Notes: generated by a model from the letters alone, not told the origin. 64,000 nucleotides of DNA from Candidatus Latescibacterota bacterium (GCA_965200315.1 OZ241362.1:4768001-4832000), one strand, 5' to 3'; positions 39,836 to 50,125 are shown, counted from the first letter of the stretch. Translations and numbers: made by a program.

Positions 39836-39866
39836 GAACTAAAAGACCTTAAAGTAGGAAATTCCG

Positions 39867-41296
39867 TTCTTTTTTTGATGGCCGACCAAATGCAGGCCCG
39901 CGTGCTCGATCTCGATCACGTCTGTCAAACTCCGCACTTGGATCGGCTGGCCGGGGAGGGTGTGCGTTTTACCCGCGCCTATACGCCGAATAATATCTGC
40001 TCGCCGACCCGGGCGAGCCTGATGACCGGGCTGATGCCGCACAACCACGGGGTGTTAGAGGTGCTTTATCCCAAGGTGCCGGATTTACATGCGCTGCGCA
40101 CCGATAAGGTACATTGGGCCGAGCGCATGGTAGATGCTGGTTATCGCACGGGATATTTCGGCAAGTGGCACATTGAGCGCGATAATGCGCTGGGCCGTTT
40201 CGGCTGGCAAGGCAACGGAGTCAGAGGCGGCGCACTCCACAATGAGTTGGTCGCCGAGGTGCTGGGCGATAAGCCGCTGCGGCCGGAGTGCGATCCAGCG
40301 CATTATCTCGAAGCGCCGCACGGCTATGGGCCTCATCTGCTCTATGGGGTGACCGATCGGCCAGCGGAAGAGCGCGGCATGGGGCTGACGACGACGCTGG
40401 CGCTGCGCTATTTAGAGGAAGTGGTACCAGGCGACGATCCGTGGTGTGCTTTCGTCAGCTTTGAGGAGCCGCACGATCCCTTTATTGCCGGTCGCCAATG
40501 GTACGAACACTATGCGGATCAAGAGCTGCCACCGCCGCCCAATGCCGATGATGATCTGGCGGACCGGCCGGGGCTTTATCGGCGGGCGCAGGGCATTTGG
40601 CGTCAGCTCAACGAGGAGCACAAGCGCGCGGCGCGGGCGTGTTATTTTGGGTCGATTAGCGAAATAGATGCCCAGTTTGGGCGGGTGATCGGCTTTCTCA
40701 AAGCGACGGGCAACCTCGACAATACAATCGTTGTAATGTGCGCTGACCACGGAGATTTGTTGGGAGCGCACGGTCTGTTCTTCAAGGATATTTCCGCTTT
40801 TGAAGAAGTGTATCAGGTGCCGCTTATTGTGAGTGGGCCTCGGGTTGCAAAGGGCGCTGTTTGCGAGGGCCGAGTTGGCTTGCACGATCTGTGCCCGACG
40901 TTGTTGGAACTGGCCGACTGCGAGCCTATTGATGGGGCCGATTCCCGCTCTTTTGTCGAGCTGTTGCGCGAACCAGCACAGGTCGCCGACGAATGGACCC
41001 GGGGTTATGCCGAATACTTCGGCAACCGCCACCGGCTGACGCAGCGGGTAGTGTGGGATGGGCCGTGGAAGTTTGTGTTTAACGGCTTTGATTTTGACGA
41101 GTTGTACCAGCTCGACGCAGACCCCTATGAAATGAAGAATCTGGCGCACGATCCGGCCTATGACGAGCAGGTCGAGAAAATGACGCGGCTCTATTGGCGC
41201 TATGCTCGCGATACCGGCGACACGCCGCTTTTTGAAACGCTCTATCCGGCGCTGCGTTTGGGTGCGGTGGGGCCGTTGGCGGCCGATGAAAATTAG
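39867..41296 (+). CDS. Formylglycine-dependent sulfatase, IS-interrupted at about codon 9
   Basis: LFLMADQ, CSPTRASLMTG (CxPxR), GKWH, PHDP, ADHGD; frame open from 39770 inside the IS. Confidence 0.88.
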
Positions 41297-41334
41297 GACT
41301 GAGGCGAGACCTCACAAAAATAGAGGAGCTATCG

Positions 41335-42495
41335 ATGGCACGAGATATCAAGATCACCCGCATCACTACGAAGCATTTCGACTACGAGATAGCCGATATG
41401 GAGCTAGAGGAGCGATTGGGCTTTGATACGGTCTATAGAAAAGGAGGTCGTCTGTCTCAGAGCGGCGGCTTCCTGACTATCGAGACCAGTGCCGGGGTCA
41501 GCGGCATCGCGCCCAACGGCATCGACGCCCGCACGGCGCGGTACTTGCTCGGCCGCAACCCGCTGGACCGCGAGATCATCTGGCACGATCTCAAGCGCTC
41601 GCGGCGCGGTCAAGACGGGACGCCACCCGGCGCGGCAGATGAGGCGCTGTGGGATTTTGCTGGCAAACTCTACGACGCGCCGATCTACGAGCTTTTGGGC
41701 GGGGGCTGGCGCAAGAAATTGCCAGCCTACGCCTCGACCTACCACGGCGACGAAAACGGCGGTTTGACGACGCCGGACGACTTCGCGCAATTTGCGCTGC
41801 GCTGCAAGGAGCAATACGGCTACCCGGCGTTTAAGATTCACGGCTGGGTCAATGGGCCGATTGACCGCGAGGTGGCGGCCGTGTTAGCCATCCGTGCGGC
41901 GGTGGGTGACGATATGGATTTGTTACTCGATCCGGCCGGTTGTTTTCCCACGTTTGAGGATGTGCTCAAGGTGGGTCGCGCCTGCGACGAGGCGCGCTAT
42001 ATGTGGTATGAAGATCCGTTTAGGGGCGGCGGGTTTTCGCGCTTTGCTCACGTCAAGCTGCGCGAGCTGATCAAGACGCCGATGCTGATGGGCGAACACG
42101 TGCGCGGGCTGGAGGCCAAGGCCGATACGATTACCGCCGGTGCCACCGACTTTGTGCGAGCCAATAGCAGCGTCGATGGCGGCATTACCGGGGTGATGAA
42201 GATCGCCGCTATGGCTGAGTCGCATGGGCTGGACGTGGAGTTACACGGCGGCGGCCTGGCGCATCGCCACATCATGGCGACCTTGCGCAATGCCAACTAT
42301 TACGAGTTGGGTTTGGTGCATCCTTTGGTCAACGATACCAAGCCGGCGGTTTACAGCGAGAGGCGCTGGCGCGACGAGTTGGATTCGGTGGACGAGAACG
42401 GCTGTGTGGAAGTGCCGGAGGGGCCGGGGTTGGGCGTGGAGGTGGACTGGGATTGGATCGAGGATCACAAGACCGGGGAGATGGTTTACGAGTAG
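41335..42495 (+). CDS. Enolase superfamily (mandelate racemase-like) dehydratase
   Basis: ALWD..GK, FKIH, LLDP, WYEDP, MGE, PEGPGLG. Confidence 0.88.
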   Translation: MARDIKITRITTKHFDYEIADMELEERLGFDTVYRKGGRLSQSGGFLTIETSAGVSGIAPNGIDARTARYLLGRNPLDREIIWHDLKRSRRGQDGTPPGAADEALWDFAGKLYDAPIYELLGGGWRKKLPAYASTYHGDENGGLTTPDDFAQFALRCKEQYGYPAFKIHGWVNGPIDREVAAVLAIRAAVGDDMDLLLDPAGCFPTFEDVLKVGRACDEARYMWYEDPFRGGGFSRFAHVKLRELIKTPMLMGEHVRGLEAKADTITAGATDFVRANSSVDGGITGVMKIAAMAESHGLDVELHGGGLAHRHIMATLRNANYYELGLVHPLVNDTKPAVYSERRWRDELDSVDENGCVEVPEGPGLGVEVDWDWIEDHKTGEMVYE

Positions 42496-42621
42496 CGCGG
42501 GTGGCGTAATAACCCGATGCGAGAAATGCCGGTATCGACGATATTTTGTTGGGCAAGCAACCGCTGAAGACGATATAGCTCTGTATGGGAATACTTATGG
42601 AGAATCTCAAGGAAGGGACGT

Positions 42622-43956
42622 ATGGACCTTGAGTTGAAAATTGAGAATTTTGGGCCAATCGACGAGGCGAATATCCAAGTTGGTCCGTTTACGGTATTCG
42701 CTGGGCCGAACAACACGGGCAAGACGTTCGTGGCGAAGATGCTCTATTCGATTATTCGTGCGAGGGACGCGAATCATGCGCTAGTATTTTTTGATGAGAC
42801 AGCCCGTCTCATAGAATCGGAGTTGCAACTTGCCGCGCTGAGCGGTCGAGTGGTAGGAGAAAGCCCCTTGTCCGCAATCAGACGGGGACTCCAAAAGATC
42901 GAATCTATTCTACGAGAGGCGTTCCCAAGTTATCCGCTCCAGAATGAACTTGACAAGCTCAATGCAGTGCAGCCTGAATTGATGGCTGCAGTCGAGGAGA
43001 TAAAGGTACATTTCCAAACTTTTAAAAACAGTGTTGGAAAGAAAGAAGAAGGGGACCCTTTTGGGGAATTATATATAGACATTCTAGAAGAATTCTTTAG
43101 GGATATGGTATCGGTGATTGAGTTGGGATGGAAGATCAAGGTTATACAAAACGCATGTAGGAATTTCCAAGCGTTTAGTATTTCACATCTCAAAAGGAGC
43201 GACGATTCCTACTTGTGTTTCAGCGTCGAAGAAGTGGGGAAATTACAGGAAAAAGAGGGTTCTTTTGAGTTTACTTTTTATCGGCAAATCATTCAGAATA
43301 TGCGGTCGTTTCCTGAGTCCTTCTATTTAGAGTCTCCATTCTATTGGAAACTGAAAAGTGCTTTGGAGTCGATTAAGCTCGATTCACACTATCCTTTCGG
43401 GAAGTCTTTGAACGGCGTCCCAGCTTACTTCTACGATATGGCCGTTGCCCTCAGAAGGAGGCGGATCGAACATCCTTTCTCTGGAATACACAAAAGTCTG
43501 CACGCTGCCATGGGCGGAAAGATTTCGTTGAGTGAAGCGGGCGATCTTGAATTTCAACAAAAAGGCAAGTCGATTCCGCTCTCTCTCACGTCGGCGGGGG
43601 TTGCAAATATGGGAATGCTGGCCTTGCTGATTGAGCGAGGGGCTTTAGAGCGAGGGTCTTTCCTTTTTATCGATGAACCCGAATCGAATCTTCATCCGGC
43701 TTGGCAAGTTGAGATGGCAGAGTTTCTCTTTGAGTTGGCCCGTCAAGGAGTCAATGTGGTGATCTCTACCCATAGCATGACAATCCTCAAGTGGCTTGAG
43801 GTACATGTAAAGGAAAAACCTGAAGACCGGGAACTCGTTAGGTTGAATAAGTTTCCGCCGGATGCTGAATGGAATGACGACATGGACGCGGTGATGGCAG
43901 AAGTCAAACAGTCATTGACTAAGCCGTTCTCTGATCTCTACATCAAAGGGCTGTAG
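42622..43956 (+). CDS. ABC-type ATPase (AAA_15/AAA_21, AbiEii/OLD-like)
   Basis: IENFGPI, GPNNTGKT, TSAG, FIDEPESNLHP, STHS. Confidence 0.9.
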   Translation: MDLELKIENFGPIDEANIQVGPFTVFAGPNNTGKTFVAKMLYSIIRARDANHALVFFDETARLIESELQLAALSGRVVGESPLSAIRRGLQKIESILREAFPSYPLQNELDKLNAVQPELMAAVEEIKVHFQTFKNSVGKKEEGDPFGELYIDILEEFFRDMVSVIELGWKIKVIQNACRNFQAFSISHLKRSDDSYLCFSVEEVGKLQEKEGSFEFTFYRQIIQNMRSFPESFYLESPFYWKLKSALESIKLDSHYPFGKSLNGVPAYFYDMAVALRRRRIEHPFSGIHKSLHAAMGGKISLSEAGDLEFQQKGKSIPLSLTSAGVANMGMLALLIERGALERGSFLFIDEPESNLHPAWQVEMAEFLFELARQGVNVVISTHSMTILKWLEVHVKEKPEDRELVRLNKFPPDAEWNDDMDAVMAEVKQSLTKPFSDLYIKGL

Positions 43957-43957
43957 A

Positions 43958-44512
43958 ATGCCCTTATCCCAATTCGCCGAGCCAATAGAGTCTGTCGGCA
44001 GAGCCTTCAAAGCGTATCGGATGGACAGCACGATGAGAGAGTCCGACATGCGTCGCGCCGCCGGACTTGGGACATGCGAATGCTGCGACTATGTAACGGT
44101 TAGTAAGGATGAACAAAGCGTCGTTTTTATAGAGGAAACCGACTTAGAGCGGAAGATAATTGATTTCAAAGAAAAATATCATTACCTCAACCACAAAGAC
44201 CAAGTTGACTTGCTTTACGACGAAGTTCTTAAAGAGCATCGGCTCAAACTTTACGGGTCGATGTTGGTTCTGTGCCGCCTGTCTTGTTCGCAGAACGAGG
44301 TGAAAGCCTTTTTACCTGACGATGAGTTTCAGTTCTGGCTTGTAACGACCTCGGCTTCGTCGGACTCCGTTATACTGATGGACCATCTGACAGACAATTT
44401 GAGAGGTTTTCTCAAAAGTCCATTAACCAAAGAGATGATGAATGTGGTCGATATTATTCCGTCAACTAAGCTGGCCAAAAAACTATTGAAAGAAGCCGTT
44501 GACATAGACTGA
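43958..44512 (+). CDS. Hypothetical partner of the ATPase, possible PD-(D/E)xK-like nuclease
   Basis: 1 bp after ATPase stop; CCDY...VFIEETD, KLYGS. Confidence 0.6.
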   Translation: MPLSQFAEPIESVGRAFKAYRMDSTMRESDMRRAAGLGTCECCDYVTVSKDEQSVVFIEETDLERKIIDFKEKYHYLNHKDQVDLLYDEVLKEHRLKLYGSMLVLCRLSCSQNEVKAFLPDDEFQFWLVTTSASSDSVILMDHLTDNLRGFLKSPLTKEMMNVVDIIPSTKLAKKLLKEAVDID

Positions 44513-44593
44513 ATTTTCTCGAACTGCATTCCACCCACTTCTGTTGGCGGGAACTCATGCAGAGTACGATAACATTCCCGATGCGAGAAAGGC

Positions 44594-44752
44594 ATGACCG
44601 TGCGCCGCTTAGAGCCTATTCGCACTGAAGCTAATCACGAATGGGCTATGGCCCGTATTGATGAACTGTGGGGGTCTCCCAAAGGCACTCCACAGGGGGA
44701 AGAATTAAAAGCCTTATTCCTGCTGAGTTCGCTATGGACCAAGCAGGGCTGA
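44594..44752 (+). pseudogene. Truncated HigA-like antitoxin (N-terminal part only)
   Basis: Manual translation PIRTEANHEWAMARIDELWGSPKGTPQGEEL; HTH missing. Confidence 0.7.
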
Positions 44753-44771
44753 CCTCAAAGGATGTGGAATA

Positions 44772-47669
44772 GTGAATGTCCAGACCTCCCGAACTAGCGA
44801 AATCGCCTTTAATGTCCGGCTTTGGGATGTGCTACAGACCAAGCATCCGCGTTGGCGCGATCATACCGGCGTGGAGCAACAGGGCGTCCTCCGCGAGAGG
44901 GCACTGCAGCCGGATATCGTCATTCGTCCGCCGGGCGGCATTCCGGTCGTCTTGGAGACGGAGTTTATGCCGGCACGCAGTGTCGAAGCGGATGCTCAAG
45001 CCCGCTTGGGGCAATTTTTGCAGTACAACGGCGATCGGATCGAACAGACTATCGCCGTCCGAATTCCGCAAGAACTGCGGGAGGTGCCCCAAGCCGATTT
45101 AGATCGGCACATTGCGGCGGCCGAGTTCCGCTATTGCACGTATTCGCTGCAAGAAGGGCGTTGGCCGGCCAGCGGCTGGCTCGTCGGCCGCATCGACGAT
45201 CTGGCTAGCTGCATTGAAAACGTCTCGCTGTCCGAGCGGCTACTCGCCGAGGGAACGCAAATTCTGGAGCAGAGTATTGGCGAGGCCGCTGGTAAGTTGC
45301 GCGAAACGGCTGGCATCCATGCGCTGGAGAATATGGCGCAGTCCCTCCACCAAGAGGATGGCGAGCAAACTTCACGCATGGCCATGGCCATCGTCGCTAA
45401 TGCGCTCGTTTTTCACACCGCTATTGTTGAAGCGCACGAGATTCCCACCATCGACCAATTGCGTATTCCGGGGCGCAACGACGTCAGCAAGAGCCGGTTG
45501 CTTGAATGCTGGCAGCATATCCTCGACAACATCAACTACTATCCGATCTTTCGCATTGCCTCCGATTTGCTCTTGCCGATCCCCGATGGCCCGGCAAATG
45601 CGGTCCTCAATCGCCTCGCGCAGGCGGCCAGCGACCTAGCAGGATTGGGGGCGACCACCTTGCACGACCTGTCTGGGCGCATGTTCCAACGGCTGATTGC
45701 CGACCGCAAGTTCCTCGCCACGTTTTACACGCTGCCGACCTCGGCGGCCCTGTTGGCTGAATTGGCAGTATCGCGGATCGACGCGGATTGGAGCGATGCG
45801 GACGCGCTCACCAGTCTCCAAGTCGCCGACCTTGCCTGCGGCACGGGTGCTCTAATTTCGGCGGCATATCGCGCTCTAGCAGTGCGCTATCGGCGGACTG
45901 GCGGCGACGATCAGGCGCTGCATCAGCCGATGATGGAACGCGCCCTTATCGCAGCGGACATTATGCCGGCCGCCACGCACCTTACCGCGTCCATGCTGTC
46001 GAGCGCCCATCCGGGGACGACTTTTGGCCGCACCCGCGTTCACACCTTGCCCTACGGACAGCAGAGTCAGGAAAAGCGGCATACGATGGCGTTGGGGGCA
46101 CTTGACTTGATTGAGGATGACGCGGCGCCGTCGCTGTTTGGCACTGGTGCCACAGTGGCGCACGGCACGGGCGAGGACGTGGAAACCGAGGGGAGCCAAG
46201 ATATGATCCTTCCCCGCGAAACGGCTGATCTGGTGATTATGAATCCGCCGTTTACGAGACCGACGAACCACGAGAAGGCCGAGGTGTCCGTGCCGTCATT
46301 TGCTGGGTTGGGCAAAAGTGGTGATGAACAGCAGGCCATGGCTAAACGACTCGCTGAAATCCGTCGGCGGTTAGCCAATCCAGTCGGTCATGGCAACGCC
46401 GGGCTAGCTTCTAATTTTATCGATCTAGGACATGTCAAGCTCAAGCCGGGCGGCGTCCTCGCGCTAGTGCTCCCGGCGTCGTGCGTGAGCGGCGGTTCTT
46501 GGGAGGACGTCCGTCGATTGTTGGAACGCGAGTACGAAGACTTGACCGTGCTGACCATTGCGGCCCACGGCGATACCGACCGGGCGTTTTCGGCCGATAC
46601 CGGCATGGCCGAGGCTCTCGTGGTGGCTACCAAGAAACACACCGGCCGAGCGGGATGCGCTGAAACGCTATTCGTCAATCTTCGCCATCGGCCGCGCAGC
46701 CTCGCGGAAGCCTTTGAGGTAGCGCGGGCGGTGAGGCACATTGCTCCCCAAGCTCGGCAAGGGCGGCTCTACGTGGGCGACCACGAGGCTATCGGCACGT
46801 TCATCCGCGCTCCTTTGAGCCAAGGCGGTTGCGCGTCCCTCCGCGAAACCACACTTGCCGACGCGGCCCTTGGATTATTGGAACAAACGCTCCGGCTGCC
46901 CCGAGGCTACTCCGCTCCGCTTGCCACGACTTGCCTCGGGGCTATTGGCGAGAAGGGGCTACTCCACCGCGACATTTCCGGAAAGACCAGCAATGGCGCA
47001 CCGCGAGGCCCGTTTGACATCGTGCCCATTCAGGGCATACCACAGTATCCGGCTTTGTGGGGTCACGACGCACCGCGTGAACGAAGTCTCGTCGTCCAGC
47101 CCGATAGCGAAGGCGAGGTGCGCCCCGGCTGCGACGCTCACGCCGTATCCGTCTGGAAGCGCACGGCATCGCGGCTGCACTTCAATCTCGATTTTCGGAT
47201 CAACTCGCAAAGCCTCACCGCTTGCCTCACGCCAGCCAAAGCGATTGGCGGCACAGCGTGGCCCAACTTCATTCCGTCTCAAGACGAGTGGATTCTACCT
47301 CTCGTCCTGTGGGCCAACACAACATTGGGACTCCTCACCTTCTGGTGGATCGGAACTCGGCAGCAACAAGGCCGCGCACGGCTCACGATCACTCAATTGC
47401 CCCGCCTGACGGTCTTGGACCCGCGTTCTCTCAGCCAAGAGCAGCTAGCCCACGCCGAAGAAATTTTTGCAACATTTAAGGGCGCGGAATTCCTGCCTGC
47501 CAATGAGGCGTATCGGGACGACGCTCGCCAAGCTCTCGACCGCGCCGTCTTGGTGGACCTGCTGCATCTTCCCCAAGCAGCCCTTGAACCGCTCGCCATT
47601 TTGCGCGACCAATGGTGCGCCGAGCCAAGCGTCCACGGCGGCAAGAAGACGCGGATTGATAACAGTTGA
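44772..47669 (+). CDS. Fused restriction-modification enzyme (type IIG-like)
   Basis: N-terminal QPDIVI..VLETEF, FYT, DLACGTG, IMNPPF (gamma-class N6-MTase order), C-terminal TRD-like region. Confidence 0.82.
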   Translation: MNVQTSRTSEIAFNVRLWDVLQTKHPRWRDHTGVEQQGVLRERALQPDIVIRPPGGIPVVLETEFMPARSVEADAQARLGQFLQYNGDRIEQTIAVRIPQELREVPQADLDRHIAAAEFRYCTYSLQEGRWPASGWLVGRIDDLASCIENVSLSERLLAEGTQILEQSIGEAAGKLRETAGIHALENMAQSLHQEDGEQTSRMAMAIVANALVFHTAIVEAHEIPTIDQLRIPGRNDVSKSRLLECWQHILDNINYYPIFRIASDLLLPIPDGPANAVLNRLAQAASDLAGLGATTLHDLSGRMFQRLIADRKFLATFYTLPTSAALLAELAVSRIDADWSDADALTSLQVADLACGTGALISAAYRALAVRYRRTGGDDQALHQPMMERALIAADIMPAATHLTASMLSSAHPGTTFGRTRVHTLPYGQQSQEKRHTMALGALDLIEDDAAPSLFGTGATVAHGTGEDVETEGSQDMILPRETADLVIMNPPFTRPTNHEKAEVSVPSFAGLGKSGDEQQAMAKRLAEIRRRLANPVGHGNAGLASNFIDLGHVKLKPGGVLALVLPASCVSGGSWEDVRRLLEREYEDLTVLTIAAHGDTDRAFSADTGMAEALVVATKKHTGRAGCAETLFVNLRHRPRSLAEAFEVARAVRHIAPQARQGRLYVGDHEAIGTFIRAPLSQGGCASLRETTLADAALGLLEQTLRLPRGYSAPLATTCLGAIGEKGLLHRDISGKTSNGAPRGPFDIVPIQGIPQYPALWGHDAPRERSLVVQPDSEGEVRPGCDAHAVSVWKRTASRLHFNLDFRINSQSLTACLTPAKAIGGTAWPNFIPSQDEWILPLVLWANTTLGLLTFWWIGTRQQQGRARLTITQLPRLTVLDPRSLSQEQLAHAEEIFATFKGAEFLPANEAYRDDARQALDRAVLVDLLHLPQAALEPLAILRDQWCAEPSVHGGKKTRIDNS

Positions 47670-47680
47670 GGGAGAAAAAA

Positions 47681-48346
47681 ATGATTGATCTGAGCAAGTA
47701 CCGCATTATCGACCTGTCGCACGAGATGATTCCCGGAGAGCAGAAAATCGACGGGCACTACCTGCACGGCGAGCCCTTTTTCGGCCGCTCGGTGGAGGTG
47801 CAGGAGTTTATGGCCTACGGGGCTCGGATGCACTTCATTCAGAGCCAGACGCACAATGGCACACACTGCGAAGGGGCCTACAAATACCTCGATGAAGGGC
47901 CGGACATGGCTCGCATGCCGTTGGCATCCTACATCGGCGAAGCCGTGGTCTGCGATTTGTCGCACAAAGGGATAGGAGAGGGAATCCGCGCCGACGAATT
48001 TCGCCGGGCAGGGGTGCAAAGCGGCGATATTGTGCTGGTGCGCACCAACCCCGAACACAGTGGAGAGCTACCCTACTTTGAGGCCGAAGTGCTGGATTTC
48101 TTTATTGAAACGCGGATCAAGTTGCTGGCCTCGGGCGGCAATTTGTACTACGGTCCATCCACGGTGCCCAACGCCCACATCGATGCCGAGCGTCGGCTGC
48201 TGCAAGAGGGCATTCCCATGGTGGACGCTCTCTTGGGATTGGATCAACTCACAAAGGATCGCGTCTTCTTCATCGCTCTGCCGCTCAAGATGCAGCGGGT
48301 CACAGCTAGTTGGACCCGAGCCATTGCCTTAGAAGAGATCGACTGA
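47681..48346 (+). CDS. Cyclase family (kynurenine formamidase-like) metal hydrolase
   Basis: IIDLSH, THNGTHCEG, GDIVLVRT, ALPLK...RAIA. Confidence 0.85.
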   Translation: MIDLSKYRIIDLSHEMIPGEQKIDGHYLHGEPFFGRSVEVQEFMAYGARMHFIQSQTHNGTHCEGAYKYLDEGPDMARMPLASYIGEAVVCDLSHKGIGEGIRADEFRRAGVQSGDIVLVRTNPEHSGELPYFEAEVLDFFIETRIKLLASGGNLYYGPSTVPNAHIDAERRLLQEGIPMVDALLGLDQLTKDRVFFIALPLKMQRVTASWTRAIALEEID

Positions 48347-48350
48347 GTAC

Positions 48351-49208
48351 TCAGCTCAGCGCGACGACTTCTTGTTTGACGATTTCCTTGGTGTGGGTAA
48401 AGGAGGCGGGTGCGGCTAGTTCCAAGGTCTCCGGCGAAAGCCGGGCCTTGACCTCCGGGGAGAACCGGTCCAGACCGCCGCGCACGCTTTCGTGCTGCTG
48501 CATGTAGCGCAGAGTGAGAAAGCGGCGATCGCGGTCTTGGGGCACCCAAGAGAGTGCGCCGTGGGTGACCAACTCGGAGATGATGACCACATCGCCGGCC
48601 TTGGGCGTTACATTGAACACGCCCTCGGGCACTTCGGTGCTGAAGAATTCCTCGTTGTACCCACCATCTGCCGTATAGCTTTCGGGATAGAAAAACGACC
48701 GCGGACAGTCGAAGTGGCTCTTGTGGCTACAAGGGAGAATAATAAGCCCGCCGTCGCCGGGATGGACGTCGGTTAGGTAGAAGAAGAAGACTAGGTCATT
48801 GCACTGGACTTTGCCGCCGATTGTGCTGTAGCGTCCCTGCTCTGGATTGAGGGCTGGTCCCCCGGGTACGCCCGCATGCAGGGGATGGAAGGGCTTGCCG
48901 TGGACATCGACCATCAGGTTGCCGCTGGTCAGGCGCGGCCGATCGTCGGTCAACTCCTTGAGGATGGGCCAAGTTTGGGGGTGTAGGGCCAGTGCTTCAA
49001 GGGCCTTGTCAAAGGCGAAGGCATTGATGTACCAGTTGAAATGCTCGCGCCCGAGATTGATTGCGAGGCCGTCGGGCACCTCCTCCGGGGGCGTGTCAAT
49101 GTAGCGCTGAGCCGCGCTTTGGGCTGCTTTTAATTCCGCTCCTTGCAACACGCCTTGGAGGTGGAGGTAGCCGGTCAGGTCAAAAAAGTAGCGCTGTTCG
49201 GGGGTCAT
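48351..49208 (-). CDS. Phytanoyl-CoA dioxygenase family Fe/2OG enzyme (paralog 1)
   Basis: FDLTGYL, PLHAG, DGGL..PCSHK, AGDVVI...THG. Confidence 0.85.
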   Translation of the reverse strand: MTPEQRYFFDLTGYLHLQGVLQGAELKAAQSAAQRYIDTPPEEVPDGLAINLGREHFNWYINAFAFDKALEALALHPQTWPILKELTDDRPRLTSGNLMVDVHGKPFHPLHAGVPGGPALNPEQGRYSTIGGKVQCNDLVFFFYLTDVHPGDGGLIILPCSHKSHFDCPRSFFYPESYTADGGYNEEFFSTEVPEGVFNVTPKAGDVVIISELVTHGALSWVPQDRDRRFLTLRYMQQHESVRGGLDRFSPEVKARLSPETLELAAPASFTHTKEIVKQEVVALS

Positions 49209-49344
49209 GCCGCACCTCTTTGTGCAACGATTTGGAAGGAATAGAGCCGGCTCTGGCGCAAGCTGAAATGCAGGCCCACCGGCTCCTTGATCTCTGCCAG
49301 TGTGCGGCCATTGCGCCACTGGACTTCGTGGGTTTTCCACTTTC

Positions 49345-49989
49345 CCTCAAAAACTAAAATTTGTTTCTTAATATTGCTTAGTTTGTGTTCTTTACGGTGC
49401 GCGATTTGTTAAATGATCTCTATCGGTCCGCAAAGGAACGGTTTGCTCTACAAAAATGCTGAGAATAATGAACCGACCTCACTCAATTTCTACGATCTGA
49501 ATATTGTTTCCGCAAGTATCATCGAAAATAGCAAAAATTGTTGTTCCTATATCAGTAGGTTCTACACTGAATTCGACTCCAAGGTTGATTAATCGCTCAT
49601 GTTCTTCCTGAACGTTTTCCACATTGAATTGGGTATATGGAAGCCCTGCATCAAATAAAGCTTTTTGATACGTTTTGGCGGGTCCAAAATGATTATCAGA
49701 TAATGGTTCTAACAAAAGTTCAGGCCCGTCTTGTTCTTCTTTTGATACTACTGTAAGCCATCTGTCACCATTTTCTAAGGGAATGTCCGTCTTCTTAACA
49801 AATCCCAACTTTTCAGTATAAAATTTTAACGCACTTTCCTGATCTTGAACAAAAATAGTGGTTATTCTAATTTTCATAATGTTATTTACCTCGAATTCGC
49901 CCAAGGAAGCAAACACGGCATTTTTCCCAGCCTTCCTTCACTTCCTCAAAACCTAAAATTTTTCCCTTAATAAGGCAAGGATTATGTTC
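49345..49989. repeat. Degenerate 46-bp direct repeat (49345-49390 and 49944-49989) flanking the VOC gene
   Basis: 35 of 46 ungapped identities by manual alignment. Confidence 0.55.
49479..49877 (-). CDS. VOC/glyoxalase family protein, AT-rich
   Basis: VQDQESALKFYTEKLGF, DRWLTV, FDDTCGNNIQI. Confidence 0.9.
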   Translation of the reverse strand: MKIRITTIFVQDQESALKFYTEKLGFVKKTDIPLENGDRWLTVVSKEEQDGPELLLEPLSDNHFGPAKTYQKALFDAGLPYTQFNVENVQEEHERLINLGVEFSVEPTDIGTTIFAIFDDTCGNNIQIVEIE

Positions 49990-50066
49990 ACCATCTCCAC
50001 GCTTTTTGAAACAATAATAGACTTACGTTTGAAACGTCCGAACCCATGCCGCATGAGGCAATTGCG
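49990..50066 (-). pseudogene. IS1-family transposase C-terminal relic
   Basis: Manual translation RNCLMRHGFGRFKRKSIIVSKSVEMV. Confidence 0.55.
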
Positions 50067-50125
50067 AAACTGTCCTATGGATCAACTATCGACGATGGGG
50101 GGCAGGCGTTCGACCAGCAGTTCGT

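Larger units (their letters stand above)
36272..39866. mobile_element. Complete IS1595-family transporter IS, ISNha5-like, 3595 bp
   Basis: 24-bp TIRs CGGAATTTCCTA[A/C]TTTAAGGTCTT (1 mismatch); flanking duplication TTCTTTTTTT; transposase plus four passengers. Confidence 0.9.
42513..44590. repeat. 14-bp direct repeat (42513-42526 and 44577-44590) bracketing the ATPase pair
   Basis: CCCGATGCGAGAAA at both sites. Confidence 0.7.
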
